From positions 751-64,750 of the forward strand of contig JAIPCU010000001.1 of NCBI GenBank assembly GCA_021738045.1: a stretch of 64,000 nucleotides of DNA. The letters run 5' to 3'. Positions 1 through 9,566 of the stretch are shown here, one piece after another. The notes beneath the pieces were generated by a model. That model did no database searches and was not told the DNA's origin. It was given only the letters and a program-made list of their open reading frames with translations. The stretch comes from Candidatus Methylopumilus sp. GTDB taxonomy: Bacteria > Pseudomonadota > Gammaproteobacteria > Burkholderiales > Burkholderiaceae_B. Positions within the stretch are counted from its first letter, which is position 1. The number at the start of each line of letters is the position of its first letter. A program made the translations under genes and the position numbers.

Positions 1-7
1 TTGGGCA

Positions 8-1057
8 TTACTCGATCAACAGGCGCGTTGCTTGCGCCTCGCCAATGCTACCAATCACGGCTGCATCATTGAACCCGTGTCGGCTAAACACCGCTAACAC
101 TTCAGGCACGGTCTCGGGTGAACAGCAAACTAACAACCCACCACTGGTCTGCGGGTCAGACAATAAAGTTTGGCAATCAGCAGGCAAGCCGGCGGCAAGC
201 TTGATCTCGTTGCCGTAGCCTTCCCAATTACGACCAGAGGCACCTGTCACCATCCCGGCTTTAATTAAGGCCGATACGTTAGGCAGCAAAGGAACATCTG
301 CCCACTTGATGTGCGCGCTTAACTTAGCGCCACGAGCAATCTCTAATGCATGGCCAGCCAGACCAAAGCCTGTGACATCGGTCAAAGCGTGCACGCCCGA
401 CAACTCGGCGAGTTCAGGGCCTGGGGTGTTGAGCTTGGTTGCATTAGAAAGCATCGATTCATAACCGGTTGCATCTAACGCTTCTTTTTTGAGCGCAGCC
501 GATAAAATCCCAACACCGATGGGTTTGCCTAACACCATCACATCGCCCTTGCGCGCGCCATCATTGCGCTTGACGCGATCAGGATGAATCAAGCCAAGCA
601 CCACCAAGCCATAAATGGGCTCGACTGAATCAATCGTGTGGCCACCTGCGATCGGGATACCAGCGGTGTTACACACAGAGGCACCACCGGCTAGGATTTT
701 TCCGATCGTGTCGGTGGATAAGACATTGATCGGCATGCCAACCAAGGCAAGCGCCAAAATCGGCTTGCCGCCCATGGCATAGACATCACTGATGGCATTG
801 GTGGCCGCGATGCGACCAAAGTCATAAGGATCGTCAACAATCGGCATAAAAAAATCAGTCGTTGCGATCAACGCTTGTTCATCGTTGATTTTGTAGACGG
901 CCGCATCATCGGCCGTCGCGATCCCTACCATCAACTCTTTCGGAATCGGCATTTGCAAGGTGCCTTTTAAAATCTCAGACAACACTGCAGGCGCGATTTT
1001 GCAGCCACAACCGCCACCATGCGAAAGTGAGGTCAGACGAGGTTCATTGTTAGCCAT
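8..1057 (-). CDS. selD: Selenophosphate synthetase (SelD/SenC)
   Basis: N-terminal SHGGGCGCK, DDAAV, TTDFFMPIVDDPYDFGRIAATNAISDVYAMGG, DVTGFGL and DPQTSGGLL motifs; the active-site residue is Cys (TGT), not Sec. Confidence 0.96.
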   Translation of the reverse strand: MANNEPRLTSLSHGGGCGCKIAPAVLSEILKGTLQMPIPKELMVGIATADDAAVYKINDEQALIATTDFFMPIVDDPYDFGRIAATNAISDVYAMGGKPILALALVGMPINVLSTDTIGKILAGGASVCNTAGIPIAGGHTIDSVEPIYGLVVLGLIHPDRVKRNDGARKGDVMVLGKPIGVGILSAALKKEALDATGYESMLSNATKLNTPGPELAELSGVHALTDVTGFGLAGHALEIARGAKLSAHIKWADVPLLPNVSALIKAGMVTGASGRNWEGYGNEIKLAAGLPADCQTLLSDPQTSGGLLVCCSPETVPEVLAVFSRHGFNDAAVIGSIGEAQATRLLIE

Positions 1058-1065
1058 GTAGATTC

Positions 1066-2043
1066 CTAGGACAAGAGGTTTTGCACGATTGTAATCAATC
1101 CACCACGTTCATGAGCAGGCTCAAATAAAGGGGCGCGGGCGGCACACTGCCCTTGTAATTGCGCCACAAACGCTGGTTCATTTCTAAACTTCAATAACAA
1201 GCTCGCCAATCCGTGCGCGTCACCGACTGTAAAAAATCCTGCATAATCTTCACCTAGCATGCCGATATTGCCAGCGATCCGTGAGGCAAGCACTGGAACG
1301 CCGCTGCAAACGGCCTCCATAATCACATGGGCGCCACCCTCCATCACACTGGCGTGAACCAGCACGTGCGAGCGTTGAATATAGCGTCGCGTTTGTTCAT
1401 GGCTACGCGCACCCAAAAACTGGTAATTTGGATATTGAGACGCCGTTTGATGCGCCTGTTGCGCTAAAGCCAAGTCGTGCTCGCCACCAATATGGTGCAG
1501 GTCAATGTCGTTGTGCCTTGCCAATACCGCAGCTGCCTCAAAAAAAGTTTGAGGAGATTTTTCAGACCGTAAATGACCCACCATCACCGCTCGCAGACGA
1601 CGGTTGGTTTTTGGCAAAGTCTGTCGAGTGGTTGTCGATTGAAATAACACTTGAGTTTTGTCGCGCAACTTAGCCGGCAGCTCGGCCACGCCCGCCCCTT
1701 GCAACACCACAAGCCGTGCGGCCCACAGCAGCGACTGCCGCGCCTGTGGATCTTGCTTGATATCGCGATAGAGATCGGTACCGGTGAGCACCACGACCAG
1801 GCCTTTAGAACCGCGGGCAGCGTGCCAAGCTGCAATCGACGAGTAGCTGCGACGCGCATGCAATGCGATTAACACGTCGTCGGTCTGAGCGCCATCCCAC
1901 TCTTGCAGGATGCGTACTGAAAAGTTCTTTGAGAGCAGGTTGGCGTATCGCTTAGCGGTCTGCCAATTGCCGTTGTTGGCGCTCGCTAGCGCCGGACTTA
2001 CAATGACGATATTGAGCTTGCGAGTTTGAGCGGCTATAAACAT
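1066..2043 (-). CDS. senB: Selenosugar synthase SenB (glycosyltransferase of selenoneine biosynthesis)
   Basis: SPALASANNGNWQTA N-terminus, ALHARRS, LTGTDLY and GT-B MEGGAHV..EA motifs; ends 8 bp upstream of selD. Confidence 0.88.
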   Translation of the reverse strand: MFIAAQTRKLNIVIVSPALASANNGNWQTAKRYANLLSKNFSVRILQEWDGAQTDDVLIALHARRSYSSIAAWHAARGSKGLVVVLTGTDLYRDIKQDPQARQSLLWAARLVVLQGAGVAELPAKLRDKTQVLFQSTTTRQTLPKTNRRLRAVMVGHLRSEKSPQTFFEAAAVLARHNDIDLHHIGGEHDLALAQQAHQTASQYPNYQFLGARSHEQTRRYIQRSHVLVHASVMEGGAHVIMEAVCSGVPVLASRIAGNIGMLGEDYAGFFTVGDAHGLASLLLKFRNEPAFVAQLQGQCAARAPLFEPAHERGGLITIVQNLLS

Positions 2044-2058
2044 TGAAGGTCACAAAAA

Positions 2059-3240
2059 TTGATGCGTCAGGCTAAAGCGAAAGAGCTTACCGCGGCACTA
2101 CAAGAACTGCGTACGCACACTCTCGGCGCGTTTCGAGCGTATGAGCGCGCCAATCTACTGCACATCCCCTATCAGGCAGAACTCAATCCACCGCTTTGGG
2201 AGCTCGGTCACATCGCCTGGTTTCAAGAATACTGGATCGGCCGCAACAAGCATCGATCTGAGGGCACGGATTGGCAAATCGGGCGTCCTCAAAATACGTC
2301 TTTGCTCATCACGTCTGACCAATGGTTTGACAGCGCTAAAGTACAACACGTGACGCGCTGGGATCAAGCACTTCTGACACGCGAGACTTGCCTAACGTAC
2401 GCTGAACAGACCATGGAGCAAACTCTCGCACTGTTACAGGTTGACGCCGAGAGCGGCTCGACACTGTATTTTTACTGGCTGGTGTTACAACACGAAGCCA
2501 TGCACCTTGAAGCAAGCGCCTATATGGCACAAGCACTGGCAATACCCTTTAACCCCGTGTGGGTAAGCGACCACGCAAACAGCACCACTGGCGAAATCGC
2601 TAACGCTAGTACTCTTGCGAAAGCCGGCGCCAGCCAGCCTCGGTCGCGTCAGACAACTACACGCCTGCCCGCTCAGTCTTGGACACTAGGTTCTGCAGCA
2701 GAGCAGTTTTGTTTTGATAATGAGCTCATCGCTCGCCCAGTGGCGCTCAAAACGTTTGAAATCGACTTAGAGCCTGTTTGCTGGGCGCAATATATGTCGT
2801 TTATCGCAGCTACCGTGCATCGCTTACCGCGCTATGTTCGTCAAACTGGTTCAAGCTTCGAGATTCAAACCTTCGGCGTCTGGGCGCCCATGAACATGCA
2901 AGACACAGCGGTTCATCTCTCTTGGGATGATGCCCAAGCCTATTGCGCTTGGGCACAGCGCCGCTTGCCCACTGAGGCCGAATGGGATTGCGCAGCCCGC
3001 ACTACCCCAAATTTTAACTGGGGCGAGGTTTGGGAATGGACACAAGATACCTTTGAACCTTTTGACGGCTTTCTGGTGCATCCCTACGCCGAGTACTCAG
3101 CCCCGTGGTTTGGTACACGCAAAGTTTTACGCGGTGCCGCTGCCGTCACGCACTCGGTGTTACGGCATGTGCAGTACCGCAATTTCTTTACCCCCGAGCG
3201 CCGCGACATCTACTCAGGCTTCAGGACTTGCTCGACTTAG
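2059..3240 (+). CDS. senA: Selenoneine synthase SenA (EgtB-like; DinB plus FGE-sulfatase domains)
   Basis: NPPLWELGHIAWFQE and QHEAMH iron-binding His triad; RRLPTEAEW, GEVWEWT and YRNFF..RRDIYSGFRT motifs; adjacent to senB-selD. Confidence 0.87.
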   Translation: MMRQAKAKELTAALQELRTHTLGAFRAYERANLLHIPYQAELNPPLWELGHIAWFQEYWIGRNKHRSEGTDWQIGRPQNTSLLITSDQWFDSAKVQHVTRWDQALLTRETCLTYAEQTMEQTLALLQVDAESGSTLYFYWLVLQHEAMHLEASAYMAQALAIPFNPVWVSDHANSTTGEIANASTLAKAGASQPRSRQTTTRLPAQSWTLGSAAEQFCFDNELIARPVALKTFEIDLEPVCWAQYMSFIAATVHRLPRYVRQTGSSFEIQTFGVWAPMNMQDTAVHLSWDDAQAYCAWAQRRLPTEAEWDCAARTTPNFNWGEVWEWTQDTFEPFDGFLVHPYAEYSAPWFGTRKVLRGAAAVTHSVLRHVQYRNFFTPERRDIYSGFRTCST

Positions 3241-4175
3241 CGACCAACATAACGCCCATCCACCCATAAACCCTGTTGGCAAAGCGCACGCACTACCTTG
3301 GCCGTGAGCGCACCGACCGAGGTCGCGGCGGTTGAGAGGGGGATGTGGCGCGAGCGGCATAGTGCCACCACCCGTTGAACACCTGGGGCACGAATCGACA
3401 AGGCAACCAAGGCCCCGCTGTCGAGCTCGGCTTTTAAGGGCATGACAGGCAAGATCGTGCACCCTAGGCCCGCTAGCAACGAAGTGCGCAAGATGCTGAT
3501 AGAACTGATATCGGCGACCACGTTCGGTGCAAGCAAACCCGCCCGAGCCGCTTGCTGCTCAATCAATGGCCGCACGCCATGCGGTTGCGCCGGCAAAATC
3601 AGGGGCTTAGCCAAGGCCTCACGAAAGGATATGCTGGCTTTGACCTTTTTATCAACCGCCTCTGGGCGATAGATCAGCGACATCTTCTCAGACACCAAGG
3701 GCTCTGCAATAAAATCTTCAAGCGTGCCGTCATCAAACAAGATCGCCATGTGCAACGAGCCCGCCAACAGCTGACGGGTTAAGTTGCCCGTTAACTCTTC
3801 GGTCAGTTCAAGCTGCACTTTCGGGAGCTCTTCGCGCACAGCCTTCAACAAGGGCAAGGCCAACGCGTGCGAAGCACTGTGCGGTATCCCAAACACCACT
3901 TTACCTGCGGGTGAATCGGTTAGCCCAGCGACACTTGAGGCAGCATCTTCGACTTGGCGCAAAATTGAGGTCGCATAGGTGTGAAACACCATACCCGCTT
4001 CGGTGAGCTCTACCCCGCGACGAGAGCGCTCAAATAATCGCGCACCGAGCTCGTCTTCGAGCTGCGCTAACTGATGACTCAGAGCAGACTGCGCCACAAA
4101 CACTTTACTGGCCGCCTTTGAAAACGTGCCGTGTTCAGCGATAGCTAAAAAGTAGCGAAGTTGTCTGAGTTCCAT
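3237..4175 (-). CDS. LysR-family transcriptional regulator
   Basis: MELRQLRYFLAIAEHGTFSKAA...QSALSHQLAQLE helix-turn-helix; 312 aa. Confidence 0.95.
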   Translation of the reverse strand: MELRQLRYFLAIAEHGTFSKAASKVFVAQSALSHQLAQLEDELGARLFERSRRGVELTEAGMVFHTYATSILRQVEDAASSVAGLTDSPAGKVVFGIPHSASHALALPLLKAVREELPKVQLELTEELTGNLTRQLLAGSLHMAILFDDGTLEDFIAEPLVSEKMSLIYRPEAVDKKVKASISFREALAKPLILPAQPHGVRPLIEQQAARAGLLAPNVVADISSISILRTSLLAGLGCTILPVMPLKAELDSGALVALSIRAPGVQRVVALCRSRHIPLSTAATSVGALTAKVVRALCQQGLWVDGRYVGR

Positions 4176-4231
4176 TTAAGAGCCCTAAGCAATCAAGACA
4201 AAAATTCAAAACACCTCAATACGAGCTACGC

Positions 4232-4254
4232 ATCTATCTGAAAAACAGATAGAT
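4232..4254. promoter_or_regulatory. Putative LysR operator (perfect inverted repeat)
   Basis: ATCTATCTG-AAAAA-CAGATAGAT containing T-N11-A, about 60 bp upstream of the LysR start. Confidence 0.65.
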
Positions 4255-4435
4255 ATATATTTAAATTATATTATACAGATCGATAGCTTTGCGGTGTAAT
4301 AGAGTCACAAGTCGTGAACAAGCAGCCTTAGGTTACCGCCCAAGGCCTTGCGCCACAGCAACACGGTGCGTTTGCTTCAGATTGATTCTTCTTACCCGAA
4401 GATGAGAACCCGGCGCTGATTGATTGGCCAGTCGA

Positions 4436-4879
4436 TCAGCTGTTTGGATCGACGTAACTGCCCTTCCAGGGAATCACGTGTCTCACACCACCCTTTGGAA
4501 ATTCTGCATCACCCAAGCGCCTTGGGATCAAATGCACATGGCAGTGCCAGACCGATTGCCCAGCGATTTCGCCGCAATTCATACCGATGTTGTAGCCGCC
4601 AATGGTTGGATCAAGCGCATCAATTATTTTCTTTTGCGAATGAATCAGCGCATGAATCGCAACAACCTCAGCCTCGGTTAAACCAAAATAATCAATAGTG
4701 TGTCGCTTTGGAATAAACAAGGTATGAAAAGGCGTCACGGGATACGCATCGCGCGTCGCGTAGGCAAGCTCGTTTTCTTCAACGATACGTGCGCGGTCTG
4801 TGAGTTGTGCATCACAAAATAAACAATCCACTACGTGCTCATGCTGAGGCTTTCGTGTATCACCAGTTGATTCGTTCAT
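4436..4879 (-). CDS. HIT-family hydrolase
   Basis: CLFC, YPVTPFHTLFIPKRH and GQSVWHCHVHLIPRR (HxHxH histidine triad). Confidence 0.93.
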   Translation of the reverse strand: MNESTGDTRKPQHEHVVDCLFCDAQLTDRARIVEENELAYATRDAYPVTPFHTLFIPKRHTIDYFGLTEAEVVAIHALIHSQKKIIDALDPTIGGYNIGMNCGEIAGQSVWHCHVHLIPRRLGDAEFPKGGVRHVIPWKGSYVDPNS

Positions 4880-4901
4880 GAAATGTTCCCAGTTGATCGC
4901 C

Positions 4902-5213
4902 TCAACGAACCGGCTTAGGCAATCGTGTGTGTATCACTTTCACAATCGAGGTCACTGGGATCCAAGTGCGAGTGATTTTTATGTAGTCTTCGACCAGCAA
5001 ATAGGTTGAGCCAAGCTCGATCACCACATAGCCGCTTGGCAGCACACCGTCATCGAGTAGCGACAATTCAACCCCGCCGTTCACCGAGGTGATATTGATA
5101 TGCTGGCCGACCTTGAGCGGTTTAAAAATCTCGGCGGGCTGAGCGCTCAGCGTCGAGAGCGCGCCCAACGTCAACATGCAACAGAGCGCGACACGACAAA
5201 TGAATGTGTTCAT
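4902..5213 (-). CDS. Hypothetical exported protein
   Basis: 103-aa ORF with a signal-peptide-like N-terminus ending LSA-Q. Confidence 0.6.
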   Translation of the reverse strand: MNTFICRVALCCMLTLGALSTLSAQPAEIFKPLKVGQHINITSVNGGVELSLLDDGVLPSGYVVIELGSTYLLVEDYIKITRTWIPVTSIVKVIHTRLPKPVR

Positions 5214-5275
5214 CTTGCTGCCCCAGCGTACACCTCATACCTTGCGCATTTTTCCATTGGTGCTCGACGCGTTTC

Positions 5276-5350
5276 AACCGAGGTCAGATAATTTTTGCAG
5301 ATGACCAAAACGAACAAACCGAGGTCAGATAATCTTTGCAGGTGGCCAAA
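5276..5350. repeat. Two-copy 34-bp direct repeat, 41-bp period
   Basis: aaccgaggtcagataatttttgcagatgaccaaa at 5276 and aaccgaggtcagataatctttgcaggtggccaaa at 5317; 3 mismatches. Confidence 0.85.
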
Positions 5351-5366
5351 CAGACCCACTCAATAC

Positions 5367-6707
5367 TCAAAACGTATAAGCCGATTCCATCTCGCGCCTG
5401 ATTTTAAAGGCTGCAGTATTGGAATCCATCTGCACGTCATCCCAGCACAAGCTCTGCCCTTTTGCGACAGCCCGTACCACTTTGACACTGTGCGCCATCC
5501 CGAGCGGCAAACCACCCATACGCTTAGAAGTTGAGGCGGGCAACAACTTACCCCACACCGTATAGCCGCCTTCACCATCGAGCATGTCGCCTGGCTTCAA
5601 GTCACGTTTAGCAGTCGCCACTACGTCGGCGTTCCAGCCGGTGGCAACACCAGTCGCCTCGCCGCGCAAGGCCACGCTGGCGACGCTCATGCCAACTTCA
5701 AGCCCAATTAAGTGCCAGCGCTTGTACAGCGTGAAATAACGCCCTGTCGGATCGGTGTGCGCCTTGTACTCTTCAAAACAGTTCTTGATATAGTCGGTCT
5801 CAGCCTCAACCGTCACCCATACCCCCATGCGAATATCGTAAGGAATTTCGCGCCCATCTTTTTCAAGACTAGAGATGACTTCGACCATGCCTTTACGTTC
5901 AAGTACTCCACCTTCGCTGATGGGCCTTGTCACAAAAGGGATATCTTCAACACTGGCGGGCGGGTACAGCAACCCATTGGATGGCACACCCAAGCCCGTT
6001 GCATTTGAAACCGCAGTGCTTTCAATCGATGGCTTAGAGCCATCTAAAAAGCTATTGAACATTTTTGGATTTAAGCCACCGCGCTCGGCTTGCTCGGGGG
6101 TCAAGCCATAAAACCCCCATACCGTCTCGGGCGTCGATTCTGAAAAATGTGGCAACCATTTGTGCCCACGACCTGCTGCAACGACCGGAAAGCCGCAGGT
6201 ACGCGCCCAGTCAACCAGGTCACAAATCAAAGCAGGCTGATCGCCAAAGGCCAGCGAGTAGACCACGCCAGCGGCCAAGGCGCGCGAGCCTAGCAACGGG
6301 CCACAGAACGCGTCCGCTTCAACGGTCACGTTGACCACGTGCTTTTTATACGCAAAGGCCTCGAGGATGTGGTCAACAGCATGCATGGGCGAGCCCGTGC
6401 ATTCAACGACGACATCCACCGAAGGATGACGCACCAAGGCTTGCCAGTCTTCAGAAATAAACGTTGTGCCATTCTTTGCGGCATCATCTAACGACTTGGC
6501 TTGCAGGCGCTCTGGCGCCCAGCCAACGCGCGCAAGATTGGTGCGCGCAACCGCCGGAGACAAGTCTGCAATGCCGACCAAATGCACGCCTGGTGTGCGC
6601 GGGATTTGTGACAGGTACATCGAGCCGAACTTGCCTGCACCAATCAACCCAATACGAATTGGGCGATTGGCCGCGGCACGCTCGAGCAGCTTTGCATGCA
6701 AGCTCAT
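5367..6707 (-). CDS. NAD(P)-dependent oxidoreductase, homoserine-dehydrogenase-like, with C-terminal SAF domain
   Basis: IGLIGAGKFG Rossmann motif; GDQP and SFLDGSK motifs; VVATAKRDLKPGDMLDGEGG SAF domain. Confidence 0.85.
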   Translation of the reverse strand: MSLHAKLLERAAANRPIRIGLIGAGKFGSMYLSQIPRTPGVHLVGIADLSPAVARTNLARVGWAPERLQAKSLDDAAKNGTTFISEDWQALVRHPSVDVVVECTGSPMHAVDHILEAFAYKKHVVNVTVEADAFCGPLLGSRALAAGVVYSLAFGDQPALICDLVDWARTCGFPVVAAGRGHKWLPHFSESTPETVWGFYGLTPEQAERGGLNPKMFNSFLDGSKPSIESTAVSNATGLGVPSNGLLYPPASVEDIPFVTRPISEGGVLERKGMVEVISSLEKDGREIPYDIRMGVWVTVEAETDYIKNCFEEYKAHTDPTGRYFTLYKRWHLIGLEVGMSVASVALRGEATGVATGWNADVVATAKRDLKPGDMLDGEGGYTVWGKLLPASTSKRMGGLPLGMAHSVKVVRAVAKGQSLCWDDVQMDSNTAAFKIRREMESAYTF

Positions 6708-7576
6708 GCAGCCACCTGCACTTCTTCAAGTGAAGTTTCAAGCGCGCTCGCGGGCATTCCTTTGCCCCACGGCAAGTCGATTGGATAAGACTTGGTCAAG
6801 CAATCATCCGGCAAGCATTCAATTGGCGTGAAGTCGCGATGAGCAATAAATTCGGGCCGCTTGTGCCGGCGAATATGGTTAGAGACCGCACAGAGGCTCA
6901 AGTAGACGGCGTTGCGGTTCCAGGGTGACAGATTGCTGGCCGAGGCATGCACCAAACAGCTGTGAAACAGAATCATTGAGCCCGCCGGGCCCGTTGGGCT
7001 AACGATGCCGCCATTTTTATCACCGGCACGCGCAACGAGTTGTGTGATCAGTGCGTTGTCGACTGTCCACAGCGGATAGCTGGTCGTAGTGAGATCGTGC
7101 TTTGCCTCAATCACACCCTTTTTATGACTGCCGGGGATGAACATCAAGGGACCATTGAAGGGGTTCACATCATCCAAGAAAATCGCAATATTCATGGCGC
7201 GCTCGGTTGGCATCATGTCGTCATTCAACCAGGTGCCGTAATCTTGATGCCACTGCCAGACGTCGCCTTCAAACGCCATCTTGCCGTTGATCTTGAACTG
7301 ATGCATGTAAAGCTTTTCACCGAACAGTTCTTCAACTGGCTTGATCATGCGTGGGTGACGACCAAGCTTTGCAAAGGGCTCGCTGTACATGTGCGCTGCA
7401 AAGTTGGTGCGCACCGCATCGCTACCTTTTTCGCGCACATTGAAAGCTTCGCGCCGGCTGTAAAGCTCTGGCACGGCGGCGTTCAAGGTTTTGGTTTCTT
7501 CAGAGGTGAATAAACCTGGAAAAAACAAATAACCGTCTTTATCAAACTGCGCCAATTGAGCGGGGGTCAAGTTCAT
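6704..7576 (-). CDS. Fe(II)/2-oxoglutarate dioxygenase, PhyH/EctD-like family
   Basis: HQFKINGK, WHQD (HxD), NGPL..IPGSH and distal His (LVHAS) motifs; 4-bp overlap with the downstream oxidoreductase. Confidence 0.88.
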   Translation of the reverse strand: MNLTPAQLAQFDKDGYLFFPGLFTSEETKTLNAAVPELYSRREAFNVREKGSDAVRTNFAAHMYSEPFAKLGRHPRMIKPVEELFGEKLYMHQFKINGKMAFEGDVWQWHQDYGTWLNDDMMPTERAMNIAIFLDDVNPFNGPLMFIPGSHKKGVIEAKHDLTTTSYPLWTVDNALITQLVARAGDKNGGIVSPTGPAGSMILFHSCLVHASASNLSPWNRNAVYLSLCAVSNHIRRHKRPEFIAHRDFTPIECLPDDCLTKSYPIDLPWGKGMPASALETSLEEVQVAA

Positions 7577-7663
7577 GAGGGGTCTCTTTTTAGATATCTC
7601 TTAGAGCCGGCAGGCCGATGGTGATTGAGTGACTTAGGCAGTTGCTTTTTTGCAACGGCTAGC

Positions 7664-7697
7664 GAGTCACACAAATGTCATTTCAAGTCATCATAAT
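7664..7697 (+). promoter_or_regulatory. Pho box and -10 element upstream of ptxA
   Basis: GAGTCAC-ACAA-ATGTCAT (11-bp period, resembles CTGTCAT-N4-CTGTCAY), followed 10 nt later by CATAAT. Confidence 0.7.
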
Positions 7698-7815
7698 ACC
7701 AATGATTAGTTAGATGATGGGTCGATGTTGAGCTATTGCCACAACCAAGGAAGGGCCGCAGCTGAACTGTCGGCAAAATCAGTCAACGTTCAGCGTTGAC
7801 CCATCGTCACAATTA

Positions 7816-8694
7816 ATGGCAAGCCCCAGAAAAGATATGAATTCTGCTATCACTCCTTCCAACAGCCACCCTATGGCGACAGACTCAGTAATTTGCACTG
7901 CTGACCTAGAAGTCACCTATAAAAACAACCTAAAGGCCCTAAAAAGCACTAGCTTAGACATTACTCAGGGATCTTTTGTGGTCTTGTTGGGTACGTCTGG
8001 CGCCGGTAAATCAACGCTTTTACGAGCGTTAAATGGCCTAGTCAAACCAACGGCAGGAAGCGTCACGGCAGCTGGCTTGGGTGATCTTGTCGACCCGTCG
8101 ACTCTACAGCGCCACCGCCGTCAAACTGGCATGATTTTTCAACAACATCACTTGATTGGCCGCTTAAGTGTGCTGAACAACGTCTTGCTAGGGCGGCTTG
8201 GCCATCACTCGGGCTTGCGAATGTTTTGCCCCTGGACGCGTTCAGAAAAAGAACAAGCCCTGGCGGTCATCGATCGTGTCGGTTTACTTGAGCGCGCGTT
8301 AGCCCGTGCCGATCAACTATCGGGCGGTCAGCAACAGCGCGTGGGGATGGCCCGAGCGTTGATTCAACAACCGCGGCTCTTACTAGCCGACGAACCGATT
8401 GCCAGCCTTGATCCCAACACTTCGTTACGGCTACTTCAGTTGCTGCACGATATCTGTAAATCTGACGGCCTGACGGCCGTTATCAGCCTGCATCAAGTTG
8501 AATTTGCTCGGCAGTTTGCCGACCGAATTATCGGCCTGAAGCAAGGCGCTGTTGTGTTTGATGGCCCGCCCCAAGCGCTCTCAGAACGCCACGGTAAAGA
8601 GCTATACCAACACCACCAAAGTGCTGAGGCAAGCGCCGCTAGCACTGAGCAACATCCAGCATATTTTCAACAATTATCCCCAATCGAGGTCTAG
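7816..8694 (+). CDS. ptxA: Phosphite ABC transporter ATP-binding protein
   Basis: GTSGAGKST Walker A, LSGGQQQR, LLADEP; PhnC-like; first gene of an operon ending in ptxD; exact start uncertain. Confidence 0.85.
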   Translation: MASPRKDMNSAITPSNSHPMATDSVICTADLEVTYKNNLKALKSTSLDITQGSFVVLLGTSGAGKSTLLRALNGLVKPTAGSVTAAGLGDLVDPSTLQRHRRQTGMIFQQHHLIGRLSVLNNVLLGRLGHHSGLRMFCPWTRSEKEQALAVIDRVGLLERALARADQLSGGQQQRVGMARALIQQPRLLLADEPIASLDPNTSLRLLQLLHDICKSDGLTAVISLHQVEFARQFADRIIGLKQGAVVFDGPPQALSERHGKELYQHHQSAEASAASTEQHPAYFQQLSPIEV

Positions 8695-8696
8695 CT

Positions 8697-9566
8697 ATGA
8701 TCCGTCGTTCATTTCTGTCTGCAGGTGTTGTTTTCTTTTGTCTGATGGCTAACCAGGCCTTGGCCCAAGGGCGTGATCCTGCGACGCTTCGCGTGGCACT
8801 GCTGCCCGATGAAAACGCAGCCACTTTGATACAAAACGCCCAGCCTTTGAAAGCTTATTTAGAGCGCACACTGAATAAAAAAATTGAGCTCATCGTCACG
8901 ACTGACTATTCATCCATGATTGAGGCGATGCGTTTTGGTCGGATTGAAGTGGCGTACTTCGGCCCTTTTTCTTATGTTCTCGCTAAATCACGTGCGCCTG
9001 AAATCGAGCCCTTCGCCGTTGGTGTTGAGCGGGGTGCTCCTACCTACAACTCGGTCTTAATTGCCAATGCGACTGGCGGAGTCAAAACACTCGCTGACAT
9101 TCAAGGAAAGCCGTTCGCCTTTGGCGACCAAGCCTCAACATCGAGCCACTTAGCGCCTCGCGCCTATCTGCTTAAAACGGCGCAATTAGATGGCGATAAA
9201 GATTACAAACCAGTCTTTTTAGGCACGCATGATGCCGTGGCACGAGCCGTGCAAGCCGGGCAAGTTCCTGCAGGTGCGCTATCCAAACCGATCCTCGACT
9301 CGTTGATCAGCAAAAATGTCATTGACCCTGCCAAAATCGTACAGCTTACCCTAACGGAACCAATCCCAAATTACCCAATTGTGATGCAAGGCAATCTGAC
9401 GCCAACACTCAAGCAAGCTCTTCGCGAAGCCTTTTTGAACTTAAAAGACAAAGAGGTACTGAAATCGTTTCGCGTTGAAGGCTTTGTCGCAACCGACGAC
9501 AAAGCCTACGACGTGTTGCGCGAAACAGCCAAGATCCTAAAGCTTGATCTCGGTAAGATGAAGTAA
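8697..9566 (+). CDS. ptxB: Phosphite ABC transporter substrate-binding protein
   Basis: LLPDENA, TTDYSSMIEAMRFGR, GDQASTSSHL and HDAVA motifs typical of PtxB. Confidence 0.88.
   Translation: MIRRSFLSAGVVFFCLMANQALAQGRDPATLRVALLPDENAATLIQNAQPLKAYLERTLNKKIELIVTTDYSSMIEAMRFGRIEVAYFGPFSYVLAKSRAPEIEPFAVGVERGAPTYNSVLIANATGGVKTLADIQGKPFAFGDQASTSSHLAPRAYLLKTAQLDGDKDYKPVFLGTHDAVARAVQAGQVPAGALSKPILDSLISKNVIDPAKIVQLTLTEPIPNYPIVMQGNLTPTLKQALREAFLNLKDKEVLKSFRVEGFVATDDKAYDVLRETAKILKLDLGKMK

Noticed and set aside
1000-1020. Selenocysteine-containing SelD
   Set aside because: The active-site codons read TGT-GGC-TGC (Cys-Gly-Cys), with no in-frame TGA
3237-4175. LysR gene as ptxE
   Set aside because: It is separated from the ptx operon by four genes and lies on the opposite strand; nothing in the sequence links them
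5276-5350. Possible CRISPR mini-array
   Set aside because: Only two units separated by 7 nt, far too short for a spacer, and no cas genes in the window
6704-7576. HtxA hypophosphite dioxygenase or EctD ectoine hydroxylase
   Set aside because: WHQDYGTW matches neither the HtxA motif as recalled (WHQDWAFY) nor the EctD signature; no htx or ect genes are adjacent
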